DNA from: Octopus vulgaris
Taxonomy: Eukaryota
NCBI GenBank assembly: GCA_951406725.2
Contig: OX597824.1
Span: forward strand, 37,758,001 to 37,822,000
Direction of reading: 5' to 3'
DNA: 64,000 nt
This document shows positions 27,621 through 40,892 of this stretch, in pieces. Numbering within the stretch: the first letter of the stretch is position 1; every line of letters begins with the position of its first letter. A model generated the notes under the pieces. It saw nothing but the letters and a program-made list of their open reading frames with translations, ran no database searches and was not told the origin of the DNA. Position numbers and translations under genes: made by a program.

Positions 27621-28223
27621 CTTGTGCCGGTAGCAGCTCCAGCAGCATCACTATCACCCAGTCCTACCAGTTACCATCCTTGTTTATAGATACATTCTGG
27701 TATAAGTGCGCAACTGCGCATCTTTATGCTTATAGATGTGTATCTGCGCGCGTGGTTGTGAGTGCGTGGGAGAGAGAGAGGAGAGAGAGAGAGAGAGAGG
27801 GGAAGAGAGAGAATGAGAGAGGAGGTGAAGGAGAGACAGGAGGCGAGAAAGAGTTTAAAGGTGTGTATCTCGTGTCACTCTGATTCTTTGTGTGCATGTA
27901 TGTGTTTGTGCATGAGTGTGTAATTGCCTTGGGATATACTTGCCTGTATATTGTGTATCTGATTAAAATGTATGCACATATCTTTAAAATACAATAAGCA
28001 ATGGGAAATAACTCAAGTTGGACAATGGCAAAAATTTAAGATAAACAAGTTAAGAGGTGATATGTTAAATGACGTAAGTAAACGATTCTGCAATAAGTGA
28101 GATTTCCCTCTGCGATGGAGAAAGTATAATCCTAGCGGCAATTGATAGTAACTATCAAAGAAGAGGGGAGGTAATTGTTAAAAATTAAGAATGCATTTCT
28201 CAAAGTTGATTTATATGTTAGGC

Positions 28224-28524
28224 CAGTGGATCTCAACCGGATCTCAACCTGAGGGCCCATATAAGATATTTGGGGGTCCATGCAATAAAATGTAAACTAA
28301 GGATCCACAAGGGGCCCCTGAAAAAATTTTGCTTCAGACATAGGTATTGGTATGTATTGCAAGAAACAGCTAGGTTTCTTTCTCTAACATTCTACATAGT
28401 TCAACCTATATAAATTAATGTGTGAAAATATTAATAAATAACATTCTCTAAAACTGGTTTTTAAACATGGAATAGCTACTGGGGTCTACGAGAATAAAAT
28501 AGTAAAAAATGGTTGAGATCACTG
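28224..28524. mobile_element. hAT-type MITE
   Basis: CAGTGGATCTCAACC...GGTTGAGATCACTG inverted termini; no clear TSD. Confidence 0.7.
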
Positions 28525-29124
28525 TGAGCAAGTAAGGGAGACAATTTGGGGCATTTTCTGGTTTTATAGGATCTTATCAGCGAAGCCAGTTCAACTGAAG
28601 CCAGCTTGATCAGTTCACAAATATTTTCACAGCAAGAAAACTGTTACTAAGTTTCTTGGTCAATAGTAATTTCCTAGTAATCTGCAGAGTTAAAAATAAC
28701 ATAATTTTGGGAAAATAACTTTTGACAAATTAAATTTATATGTTGAAGTGAATCTAACGGTTTTGTGTGTTTCTTAAATGGCTTATAAACACCTTCCACG
28801 CTGCAATTGTTTTCGTTCCAGCACACGATCTCAGATCAAGTCACTCGCTATGCAAGTACATCTCCGTAAAACTTAAGTAGATTAATGACATAAATTTAGG
28901 TACAAAATTCAGTTGATCACTTCTTAATTCATCTAAATTCATTCCAATTATTGAAACTAATTCGCAACTTTTTGAAATTCTCGTTATTTTTTTTTTACGA
29001 GAGTAACTAATGATTAGTATTAGATTTGGTTTACTTTCTCTAAGAGGTAAAAATTTCAATTGTTGGAGAAAGGTTTTGCAAACGTCATTCACCTTATCAC
29101 CCTTGTTTAACATAAGGGTCTATG

Positions 29125-29205
<81 letters not shown>

Positions 29206-29222
29206 GTGTGTGTGCGTGTGTA

Positions 29223-30426
29223 CAGGGTGGGCCAAAATTAGTGCCCCAACTTTATGTATCACAATTATGTGTGTCTATTAGTTCTGTAGTTTCTTGATGC
29301 ATGCCGTTATTATTTCTATATGTCATTGAGTATTCGACGTGTCGAATGTTGTGAGGGAATGCTGGCAGAAGCCAGAGATTCCAGATTTTTTTTATCGACT
29401 CATTTTCTCTAATGAATCGACTTTCCATGTTTCCGGTCACATCAACCGCCATAACTGCTTCTATTATTCAGAAGCTGACCCTGAAATGGTTTGAGAAAAG
29501 CACGTCAATTCTACTTCTCTTGTCATTTGGGCGGCGATATTGTCTTCAGGAATTTGTGCATTTCATATTCATCGAGAGACGATAAATGGTGATCGTTATC
29601 TGGCGTTATGTGAAAACATCACCTGACCGTATTTTCGATATTATCATTCCAAAATTTTTGTGCAAATTGGAGCACCGCCTTATTATGACAAACGTTCAAA
29701 AAACTTCCTTGATCAGCACCTACGAAATTGTTGGATTGGGTGTCGCAGCAGCTTTTGTGAATATCCGGCAAGGCTTGCTCTTCCTTCTGTAGAAGAAAAA
29801 ATTTAAATCGGACTATGTTAACACCAAAAATTATTTACATAAAAAGGTGCTTTTTTCTATGAAAATCCCTACTTTTTAGATTTTTTGACTGCTGTGTCGT
29901 CATTTTTCGGTGTATTTCAACCATAAAAATGTTCACGTAAAGAGAATAACAAGCTACATAATGCAAAAGTTTTACTTTTCAAAAATTCCAATTCTAAAGG
30001 GTCGAAACAAACCCGAGCAACGCATGGCGATACTGCTAGTACATTTTAAACTGAAGTCAAATCGATTGCAGCCATCAGTTTCACGTTTACTGTTTTTTAA
30101 GTAATCAGTGTAATATATTTAACCCCGTGTGACGTTTTTCTCAAAGATCAAGTCTATAAGGAAACGATCCATAATTTGAACCAATTGGAACAAGTAACTG
30201 TATGTCTCAGATAACTTTCCGAACAAATGTGTCGAAAAGTTTGGCCGGGCGTTACGAGTCGTACACAGCAACAAATGGCCGTCACTTTGAATGACTTGTC
30301 AAATTGATGTTCTATTCATGTTTCATGTAAAATTTGTGGGTGTATTACATGTCCATTTTTTACCTTTTCATATTTCATGTATCTTTTTTCAAAAACTCAA
30401 GTTGGGGCACTAATTTTGGCCCACCA
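29223..30426 (+). mobile_element. Tc1/mariner-superfamily element with ~28-bp TIRs and transposase relic, interrupted at 29770-30118
   Basis: TA|CAGGGTGGGCCAAAATTAGTGCCCCAACTT...AAGTTGGGGCACTAATTTTGGCCCACC; relics TINGDRYL, GAPP, WIG..EYPAR/LTPCD, NGRHFE. Confidence 0.85.
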
Positions 30427-32378
30427 TATATATATTACATACAGACACACATACATATTGTGCAAATGCACCAAACTGCATACTGTGTATTTGCGTACTG
30501 TGTATGTATGTATGTATGTATGTATGTATGTATGTATGTATGTATGTATGTATGTATGTATATGTGTGTGTGCGTGCGCGTGCGTGTGTTAATTGATTGA
30601 TATAGATATGGAGACCATTCTATATATAAGACTTTAAGTTTCTGTATCAACAATTCGATGATCATTATACGTGTGACGTTATCAATAACAAAATGTATGT
30701 GTAAATATATATACACACATATATGTACACACACACATCGAGAGATAGGAAAAACTGTGGAGAGAGATTTGAATTAAATTTACGGCGTGTTTTTCTTTTT
30801 CTATTTTTTTTAACAAGACCCATTTTAGGCATGCTTTGAAAGTTAAACCACATCTCTCTCTCTCTTTCTCTCTCTCTTCCTTCCACTTTTTATCACTCCC
30901 GCCTTCCCAGTCTGTCTCTGACTCCTCTCTCTAAAACGCCAACGTTTTATACCAGTAACTATATTTGAGGGGGCTGTTTGGTGTATTCTCATTATGTTGT
31001 CTTTTCAAAGTAATGATGATAATTTCAATGTCGTTCGGTAAATTTTATTGATCGTGTTGGTACAGTATTCTCGATTTATTGCATTCCCATTAAACTCCTT
31101 ACTTTCATTCCAAATCTTAGATCAGAATGACTTTATATCTCCCTGGGAAGAGACCCCTTACTCATTCACCTCATTGTACATAACTTATAAGTTAAAAGCA
31201 AACTCGTATTTTATCCTGTTTCATTGTAATACTTTTCCAATAACGAGGTTTTTTTACTCTGAATTTTGAGTTCACGTTTTATATTTATTCATTTCCGTCA
31301 AGATTTGGAGCAATATCTCCGGCCATTTTCGTTAGTTTTCTCAAGATGTATTGGTGTGATGTGAACTTACCATTCACCCTACACTTCCTAATGGCATTTA
31401 ACTGCTCTATTCTGTGAAATAAATTCTTTTTCCCTTTTTTAGAGTCGTTACCAACCTTGGTTGCTTATAATGTATTCTTGATTACCGTTGGCTTTCAAAT
31501 TATCTTTCAAGTATTCCATCAGAATAATAGCGGCTGAAAACAGGCAGTTCTGGTTATTCCAGTACGTTTTATCACTTTCTATACGGTCACTAACAATAGC
31601 CATAATTTTTATCATGAGGGTGGCTGATTTTCTTCCCATCCTGTCACTTACTTAACGATATATTACAGAAGCTGGTGAAATTATTTTCAAACAATGGTTG
31701 CGTAATGTTTTTCAGCTGCAAATATTCTATAATAATCTCTACAGAATCAACAGGCGGAGATACTGGTCCGACAGAGTTGAATGATCGAGGAGCAGGTGGC
31801 GTCAGTTTGTTTACATACTTGTCGGTCTCTATGGTAGTTTTGGACGGATTTTGAATATAGTCGGAAAGACGACTAGCAACAGAAGGAGGATAACATTGAT
31901 TGCTCTCTGACAGCCATCTTCCGGATATAGAAAGATACCTGTTTAACTGTGAAGTGGCTTGAATTTAGATTAGATTCGTCCCACAACTACTTCATATAGC
32001 CAATCGCAGGATATTCCTGGACTTCTTATAGCATGGGAGAACACCACGAATTAATGACAAAACCGAGTGAAATTAATTAAATTACATTTCTTTTTTATTT
32101 TTCGAACACATCTCAGATATAGTAGTAAGATTCATGTCAGTATTGGTGCTGCTGATATTATTGAAATCTGGAATGATCGAATAAACTAAATTCCACACAA
32201 CCAACAATAGTCGTTAAAATCCGGTATAAATTACCTTATATTGGCGAGTAAAGGTGGTTTCTGCTATTTGGAAAAAAACAAATAAAAACATTTATTGATC
32301 TGGGCTTCTTTGGGCTGTAAGGGAAAACCCTCAAAGACACGCTTTAGACTATCGACTGCGTCTACATACATACATACA

Positions 32379-32412
<34 letters not shown>

Positions 32413-32715
32413 CATACATACATACATGCATACATATGTACGTATGTATATATGTATGTACGTACGTACGTATGTATGTATGTATGTATGTATGTATGTA
32501 TGTATGTATCTATCTATCTATCTATCTATCTATGTATGCATGTATATATGTATGTATGTATGTATGCATGCATGTGTGTATATACATATATCATACATAA
32601 ATGTATATATATGTGTGTATGCGGGTATGTACGTATATAGATATATGAATGTATGTATGCATATATATGTGTGTATGTGTGTAGATATATGTATACATGC
32701 ATGTATATATGTGTG

Positions 32716-32768
<53 letters not shown>

Positions 32769-32771
32769 CTA

Positions 32772-32960
32772 TGTATCAAAAGGATGTATTATTAATACTA
32801 TTCCACAGCCTTAGCAACAATCCAATAATACTAATCCACATAAACAAAAACAGCCATTCCAACAATCCAGCATACCCCCATCCTCAGCTGCCCCACGGAT
32901 ATCATTATAGTTTCGACACCTGAGCAGTACCATTCAATCCGGCGGTGTCAACATCACTAA
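32772..32960 (-). ncRNA. Two tandem, heavily degenerate hammerhead-like motifs in an old PLE-like terminus
   Basis: Minus strand GTGATGT-T-GACACC...GGTGTC-GAAA-CTATA, then CTGAGGA-TGGGGGTATG...CATCCTTTT-GATAC. Confidence 0.4.
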
Positions 32961-33436
32961 AATAAGTGTTGCTTGGGAACAAACAAACCAAAGAAACCAC
33001 AACTTCCAAACACATTTACCCAGTGTAAAACCGTATCGATAGATAAATTCCATAAGTAAATTACAACCCCTCCTAAATACGTAACTAAACGGCGTCAACT
33101 CTATTAAGTCATAAAAAATTATAATCCTTACCGTCTTCCGTAGTGTAATATAAACGTAAAGCTTAATAACCACATTATTTCAATCAATCAATATATAGGT
33201 AGGATTAAACACTAACCTTACTAAAACTACACAAGAGACATTTAAATCAATGTAATTTGTATCGGTATTAATAATAAACTTCAATAACTAAATTATATGC
33301 TAAATTACGATCCATCTTTAAGTCCATATAAATAATAATCCCACCGGTCTTCCATAGGTATTACTATAAAATTCCATAGATATTGCTTATAAATTTTTTT
33401 TTTTATAAAACACGATTGAAATTAATTTTACTAATA

Positions 33437-33601
33437 GGCGCAGGAGTGGCTGTGTGGTAAGTAGCTTGCTAATCAACCACATGGTTCCGTGTTCAGTCCC
33501 ACTGCGTGGCATCTTGGGCAAGTGTCTTCTGCTATAGCCCCGGGCCGACCAATGCCTTGTGAGTGGATTTGGTAGACGGAAACTGAAAGAAGCCTGTCGT
33601 A

Positions 33602-33672
<71 letters not shown>

Positions 33673-33868
33673 TTGTCCCCCTAGCATTGCCTGACAACCG
33701 ATGCTGGTGTGTTTACGTCCCCGTCACTTAGCGGTTCGGCAAAAGAGACCGATAATATAAGTACTGGGCTTACAAAGAATAAGTCCCGGGGTCGATTTGC
33801 TCGACTAAAGGCGGTGCTCCAGCATGGCCGCAGTCAAATGACTGAAACAAGTAAAAGAGTAAAAGAGT
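33437..33868 (+). mobile_element. Full-length SINE family A
   Basis: GGCGCAGGAGTGGCTGTGTGGTAAG head, B box, internal (TA)n(TG)n, (GTAAAAGA)n tail; possible TAATA TSD. Confidence 0.95.
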
Positions 33869-34054
33869 AATATTTTTATGAGTGAAATACGTTATTTCAT
33901 CATTCAAAAGTTAATAATAAAACACTACATGCTCATTAATATATCATCACTACAAGTTATAGTATTAAATTACTGGTGACTAATATACACTTAAGTTTCA
34001 TTAAACAGGAACAATAAAAGTACTTGTTATAAACTAATATTATAAACCTTCCTA

Positions 34055-34503
34055 GAATCTTTTCGGTTTGAACGGCAGTTTTTTCTAGCGGTGTCATATG
34101 AAATTGTCATCCATAATTATGACCCTAGTATCGATCTATTGCATTTCAATCTCTTTTGGGGTTAGGGTTAGTTAGGGTTAGTTAGGGTTAGGGTTAGGGA
34201 TAGGGATGGGGGAAGGGTATCTTTTTTTTCTTCACAAATGTAAATAAACCCAATCTGTTTCTTAAACGAGGGACATATTTATACGGCACAGAATGTTTTT
34301 TAACTCAATAGACGTCACTGATTGGTTGAAATTGCAGAAATTGAAGAAAAAAAACAAGAAATATCTTACAAACTATAGAATTTTCTCAATAAAGCCAAGA
34401 GAAAAAGATGTTTTATAAACACATTCTACCAGTATACGAAGTTTAAAATTTTTTAGTTACCTAGAAATTATGTTAAAAACTGCCGTTCAAACCGAAAAGA
34501 TCC
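34055..34503. mobile_element. MITE with ~27-bp TIRs, 8-bp TSD and internal telomere-like (GGGTTA) repeats (hAT- or Merlin-like)
   Basis: CCTTCCTA|GAATCTTTTCGGTTTGAACGGCAGTTTT...AAAACTGCCGTTCAAACCGAAAAGATCC|CCTTCCTA. Confidence 0.92.
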
Positions 34504-34789
34504 CCTTCCTATGTTTAAAGCTAACTAAACGATTTAGAAAACAATAAAATTGTTTAAAAAACAATAAAACTACAAGTATTAACACTTACATGTTTGATCA
34601 GACACGCGGCTCTCTAACCAAGAATTTAAAGAACTAAATATTGATGACGTAGTGCGTAATTACCACTTTCTCAATTGTCTCAATACCTGTGACATAGTAA
34701 GCAATATAAGAGATACCCAATACTGTAAAAAAAAAAACCCTCTAAGGTGTAAATACCTTAACAAAAGGATATAGAGTTGGTTATGGTTA

Positions 34790-35177
34790 TCTCTCTATAT
34801 ATAAAGCTGAAGTTGTCTGTGTATGGCAGGTTTGGTAGCCTTCAACTAACACTATCTCCTCCGAGACCCTGCGGCGCAAGTTGACCAAAATTGAGAGTAT
34901 GATAGAAGGCTTGCTCTTCCTTCTGTAGAAGAAAAAATTTAAATCGGACTATGTTAACACCAAAAATTATTTACATAAAAAAGGTACTTTTTTCTATGAA
35001 AATCCCTATTTTTTACGATTTTTTGACTGTTGTGTCGTCATTTTTCGGTGTATTTCAACCATAAAAATGTTCACGTAAAGAGAATAACAAGCTACATAAT
35101 GCAAAAGTTTTACTTTTCAAAAATTCCAATTCTAAAGGGTCGAAACAAACCCGAGCAACGCATGGCGATACTGCTAG
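34790..35177 (+). mobile_element. Non-autonomous Helitron
   Basis: A|TCTCTCTATATATAAA start; cccgagcaacgcatgg hairpin remnant and CTAG|T end; no TSD. Confidence 0.75.
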
Positions 35178-36430
35178 TACATTTTAAACTGAAGTCAAAT
35201 CGATTGCAGCCATCAGTTTCACGTTTACTGTTTTTTAAGTAATCAGTGTAATATATCAGACAACTTTGTATTTATTTACTAGAATAAACTATAAGCACTG
35301 CTGAATAAGGTTAATAAAAACAAAAAAAATATCCTTTTGATGTATTATAAACATTATTGTTTGAGTCTATCAGTTGTTCGATCGCTTTTTTTTGTAACAT
35401 ACGACGGCAAAAATAATGAATTTGTTTAATTTCGTGAACTGAATTGAAATTTTTGGAGCGTACATGATTATTACGTAAGTATTCGATTGCCGATCGTTAC
35501 ATAACTAAAATTATTTTAGTATATTTGGTTCTTTGGCGAGAGTTATCAATTCTGAAAGCTTGTTCAAAATGGAATTTTTGTAAAACTGAGAAAAGCGCAA
35601 ACGTAGCTGTGTGGTAACAAGCTTGCTTCCCAACCACATGGTTTCGGGTTCTGTCCCACTGCGTGACCCCTTGGGGAAGTGTCTTCTAATATAACCTCGG
35701 ATTGATCAAAGCCTACTGAATGAATTTGGTTAACGGAAACTAAAAGAAGCCGTGTCGTATATGTGTGTGTATGTGTGTCTGTCTGTCTGTATGTGTGTGT
35801 TTGTATGTGTGTATTCATGTGTGTGTGTGTTTGTGTCTATGTAATCGACTCTGAAAGGATGAAAGAAAAAGTCAACATCGGCGGAATTTGAACCCAGAAC
35901 GTAAAAACTAACGAAATGCCGCTACGCATTTTGCCCAGCATGCTAAAGACTCTACTAGCTCGCTGCCATTGAATATCTGATGATAATAAAATGCGAAACC
36001 TGTTTGCATGATCCACGATTTTAGGCTAAACAATCCATTGTAGCGATAAAATGATCTGATTATTACACATTTACGTCTTTTTGCGTAAAAGATTTCAATG
36101 ATTTCTGCTCCTTAGAATACTCTAAACGAGAATCTTATTCATTATCATCATAATATATTAAACAGAATAGGGTAGCGAGCTGGCAGAATTGCTACTGTAC
36201 TGGACAAAATGCTTAGTGGCGTTTCATCCGTCTTTACGTTCTGAGTTCAAATTCCAGCGAGGTCGATAAAAAAGTACCAGTTGAGTATTGGGATCGATGT
36301 GAATGACTCCCCCGCCAAACCTAGAATTGGTGGCCTTGTGCCAAAGCTTGAAACCAATATATTAAACAGAATGTCGTTTTTCCTAGACATCAAACAGAAA
36401 CGCATGTGCAAACGAAAATAAAAGTATACA

Positions 36431-36868
36431 GGCGTAGGAGTGACTGTGTGGTAAGTAGCTTGCTTACGAACCTCATGGTTCCGGGTTCAGTCCCACTGCG
36501 TGGCATCTTGGGCAAGTGTCTTCTACTATAGCCTCGAGTCGACCAAAGCCTTGTGAGTGGATTTAGTAAACGGAAACTGAAAGAAGCCCGTCGTATATAT
36601 CTATGTATGTATGTGTGTTTGTGTATGTGTGTGTGTGCGCGTGTGTGTGTGTTTGTGTGTCAGTATTTGTCCCCCCCCCCAACATCGCTTGGCAACCGAT
36701 GCTGGTGTGCTTACACGTCCCCGTAACTTAGCGGTTCGGCAAAAGCGACCGATAGAATAAAATACTAGGCTTACAAAGAATAAGTCCTGGGGTCGATTTG
36801 CTCAACTAAAGGCGGTGCTCCAGCATGGCCACGGTCAAATGGCTGAAACAAGTAAAAGAGTAAAAGAG
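36431..36868 (+). mobile_element. Full-length SINE family A
   Basis: Homology to 33437-33868. Confidence 0.93.
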
Positions 36869-37155
36869 CACTTGACATTCATAACAAAGGCATGAACATA
36901 CATACACACACACACATATTAACACACACGCACACACTCATAAATATATACAAATACACACACACACATTGGGGTGCAAATATATATAAGAGAAAAGCAA
37001 ACTTGTTTGCAGAATAAATGAAATAACTCATTTGTTAAGCCTTAACTCGTAAGTTTCTGTCACATAGAGTTTTCCAAATAATTAATGCAATTTGTTTTGC
37101 AGCGATCTCATTGTTTCTCAAACACTTTATCTCCCCCTACGCTTCTCTCTGCCGA

Positions 37156-37224
<69 letters not shown>

Positions 37225-37484
37225 TCTTCTTCTTCTTTTTCTTTATTTCTCTCTGTCACCACTTTTTGCTTCTCTCTTTGTATAGGCATAGCGATATTAA
37301 TAACCCGGTGTTAGAATTCAATATCTAAATGCTTCAGAACAAAGCGTCATTCGGGTACAGAGCAGTAACAAGAAATTTTTTTTTAAATGATAAGGGAATA
37401 AGAAATTACGTCATGCACGTCATGAAGTTCAAGACATAATTTCATCTTCCTTTGTCATTTTAATTTCTTACATATAACTATGTA

Positions 37485-37539
<55 letters not shown>

Positions 37540-37675
37540 GGATGAATGAATTATCCTTTGTTTACCGTTAACAAGGAAAATTCAATAAACAGTTACCAGG
37601 GTAGCAATATTCACGCAAGTAGCAAACATCAAAATTGTTATAATGCCTTGTTGTTGAGATGAGAAGATTACATTA

Positions 37676-37759
37676 TTTCCTGATGAGAAGATTACATTAT
37701 TTAACACCGTTTATTCCTTTGGAATAAAACCAATATTGTCTTCGAAACATATGTCGTAA
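37676..37759 (+). ncRNA. Type I hammerhead motif with intact core and long stem II
   Basis: TTTC-CTGATGA-GAAGAT...GTCTTC-GAAA-CATATG-TC-GTAA; palindromic stem III, GUC triplet, weak stem I; the insert lies between (TA)n tracts. Confidence 0.75.
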
Positions 37760-37816
37760 GTAAAAGAATTTGAATAACACCTGCGGTCAACTCCATTTAT
37801 TTACTTATATATATAA

Positions 37817-37863
<47 letters not shown>

Positions 37864-37864
37864 T

Positions 37865-37915
<51 letters not shown>

Positions 37916-38004
37916 TACATATATACATATACATACACACACACACACATATATATATATACATATATATATATACATATATATACATATATATATATAT
38001 TATT

Positions 38005-38060
<56 letters not shown>

Positions 38061-38106
38061 TAACGCGTGTGCATACACACTAACGCGTGTGCACACACAC
38101 ACACAA

Positions 38107-38193
<87 letters not shown>

Positions 38194-38292
38194 CACACAC
38201 CTACATTTGTATGTATATGTATGCATATATGTCTGTGTGTGAATGTCTGTTCCATTAAAGCCTTGAGGATGTTTCAGTTTTACCTTTTAAAT

Positions 38293-38579
38293 ATAAAGTG
38301 ATGGTATATTGCCAACTTAATGTGACAGTCCATGAAAGGGAAGAATGCTACTGCTATTCAGCCCTATGAAACACCGTTTCGTGTTGGCCATGACACATTT
38401 TCTTTGTCCTTATGTTTTCAAAGAGGGGAGATATGCACCTCCACTCCACTTTGAAAACATAAGGACACAGAAAATATGTCATGGCCAACAGGAAACGGTG
38501 TTTCCTAGGGCTAAATAGCAGTAGCATTCTTCCCTTTCATGGGTTGTCGCATTAAGTTGACAACATACCATCACTTTAT
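38293..38579. repeat. Foldback inverted repeat (~137-bp arms, ~10-nt loop)
   Basis: ataaagtgatggtat...ttttcaaag / ctttgaaaa...ataccatcactttat. Confidence 0.92.
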
Positions 38580-38956
38580 CGTGCTGCTACTCTGAGAGAT
38601 TTAAAAATGTAATATTTCTACTTTTAATTATAGATTTTTCATAATTTCTTATCAATTTCGGTAGGAACAATAGAGTTCCGAGATCCAAATTCATTTTTTC
38701 TTCTTTGCAGTCTCTGCAGGTAGTGAACCTGTATTTGCAAGCTGATTTAATTTCTGCCAACACTGAGTTCAAGATGTAATTGTAGCTAATAACTCGGGCT
38801 AATACGAACGAGCCTGGTAGGAGTAAAAGACTAAATGACATCTGTCAAAAGTACAGACAACAGTCAGATCGCCGATGTTTGTTGTGCACTCCGCTGTCGT
38901 TATTTGATAACTGTTATTGTGTGCGTCTGTGTGTAAAGGTCAGTTGTGTTTTGCAG

Positions 38957-39058
38957 GGTTGCTTAACTTAGAAATGGAGAAAGACATAGAGCTAGATATA
39001 AAAACTGAGCCATTTGGTGCTAGAAATAAAGCGGAAAAACGTGAAATTCTTCGAGCAG
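38957..39058 (+). other. Exon-like segment encoding MEKDIELDIKTEPFGARNKAEKREILRAG, possibly a hAT transposase N-terminal exon relic
   Basis: ttttgcag acceptor, ATG at 38974, CAG|GTATGT donor; PF..R...EK..IL..G pattern recalls hAT/ZMYM1-like N-termini. Confidence 0.35.
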
Positions 39059-39120
39059 GTATGTGTCTTATGCGAAATCTGTGATGAGCCCGAGCGACGC
39101 TGATAACCTGGAGTCGCCTC

Positions 39121-39159
<39 letters not shown>

Positions 39160-39160
<1 letters not shown>

Positions 39161-39584
39161 TCTTTTACTCTTTTACTCTTTTACTTGTTTCAGTCATTTG
39201 ACTGCGGCCATGCTAGAGCACCGCCTTTAGTCGAGCAAATCGACCCCGGGACTTATTATTTGTAAGCCCAGTACTTATTCTATCGGTCTCTTTTGCCGAA
39301 CCGCTAAGTGACGGGGACGTAAACACACCAGCATCGGTTGTCAAGCAATGCTAGGGAGACAAACACAGACACACAAACCCACACACATATATATATACAT
39401 ATATACGACAGGCTTCTTTCAGTTTCCGTCTACCAAATCCACTCACAAGGCATTGGTCGGCCCGGGGCTATAGCAGAAAACACTTGCCCAAGACGCCACG
39501 CAGTGGGACTGAACCCGGAACCATGTGGTTGGTTAGCAAGCTACTTACCACACAGCCACTCCTGCGCCTATAGCCACTCCTGCG

Positions 39585-39586
<2 letters not shown>
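39160..39586 (-). mobile_element. Full-length SINE family A with a tandemly duplicated 5' end, inside (TA)n
   Basis: Homology to 33437-33868; agccactcctgcgccta repeated. Confidence 0.93.
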
Positions 39587-39641
<55 letters not shown>

Positions 39642-39689
39642 TATTTATATGTATATATATATATATATATATATTGGAGAAAGTAAGAA

Positions 39690-40030
39690 CGGAACCAGTA
39701 AAACACAGACTACAACTGTTCCATAGCAAGGCAAAGATTGTCATATAAGTTGTATCAAACACAGAACCAGCTTAGCTGATCTTCAGGTCCTATTACGTAT
39801 AAGTTGTTTTCAGTGTTGCGTGCAGATGAACAAATGAATTATCAAACTTGCAATTTTCGTGCTATGGCTAGTGTGATAATTCATTTGCTCTTCTCCATGA
39901 GAGGATGAAAACAAATTATAGGTAATTGGACCTGAAGATTAGCTAAACTGCTTCTGTGTGTGATACAACTTATGTAACAAGCATTGCTTTGCTATGAAAC
40001 TGCTATAGTCCGTGTTTTACCAGTTTTACT
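39690..40030. repeat. Diverged foldback with a degenerate HHR in each arm (39707-39790 minus; 39928-40011 plus)
   Basis: Two-arm consensus GGAC-CTGAAGA-TYAGC...GCTAT-GAAA-CAGCTG-TA-GTCC. Confidence 0.8.
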
Positions 40031-40294
40031 CGTTCCTTAATTTCTTGGATTTTTATTCGCACTTTTAGCAATTTTATTTACTAAACCGTGAGTTGTATGG
40101 CGACTATGAGCTTGGACGGGGTGTGTAATTTGCAATCTTAACAAAGTCTCTTAATTATAAATTGTCCACATTTTGTCATCTATACCAGCTGCATACACGC
40201 TCGAAGTCTACCAACTTCCTACCCTTTATTCCTGGATCGTACTCACCTATTACTATGTAACTTATATACATACATACATACATACATACATACA

Positions 40295-40323
<29 letters not shown>

Positions 40324-40328
<5 letters not shown>

Positions 40329-40784
40329 ATGTTGAAAGATTTAAAAGGCCAAACAATGTAAATAGATTTTAAGATGAGGTAACGTAAACTAAAAGTAAGT
40401 TACCTGGTAATCTTTGGTCTTATATGGATCCAATAGTTCGGGACATACAAGTCACTTCTTCAGGGTTAAAAAGGAACTGTTCTTGGTAAGAAAATTTAAA
40501 TACAATCATAGAATTATTTTATCTCCGACAAAAAACATCTTACCAAGAACAGTTCCTTTTTAACCCTGAAGAAGTGACTTGTATGTCCCGAATTATTGGA
40601 TACATATAAGACCAAAGATTACCAGGTAACTTACTTTCAGTTTACGTTACCTCACCTTAAATATATATATATATAAGATTTTATAGTTTGCTTGAAGCGT
40701 TGTATATGGAATATAATGTTGAAAGATTTAAAAGGCCAAACAATGCAAATAGATTTGAAGATGAGGTAACGTAAACTAAAAGTA
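40324..40784. repeat. Foldback (40368-40491 / 40538-40661) with HHR-like motifs in both arms, plus a 74-bp direct repeat (40324-40397 / 40711-40784)
   Basis: AACC-CTGAAGA-AGTGAC-TTGTAT-GTCCC-GAA(T/C)-TA-TT-GGAT at 40562-40601(+) and 40428-40467(-). Confidence 0.85.
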
Positions 40785-40892
40785 GTAATTTTTAATCTTT
40801 AATTTATATTTCAAACAAACACCATTTTACAGTTTTACTTCAAATGTTTAAAAAAACTATCATTCGATATGTTATACAATATTCATATTTTA

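Noticed and set aside
27138-27689. Poly-Asp/poly-Met/poly-Ile ORFs
   Set aside because: (ATC/GTC)n microsatellite with no splice or domain support.
29910-30104. Duplicated ORF MYFNHKNVHVKRIT... (also 35030-35242)
   Set aside because: Falls in a non-autonomous Helitron and its flank; identity reflects DNA duplication, not coding constraint.
32780-33430. Strand-skewed segment resembling a mitochondrial insertion
   Set aside because: No mitochondrial gene motif recognised; better explained as an old PLE-like relic.
34157-34213. Chromosome-end or fusion telomere relic
   Set aside because: Lies inside a TIR/TSD-bounded MITE.
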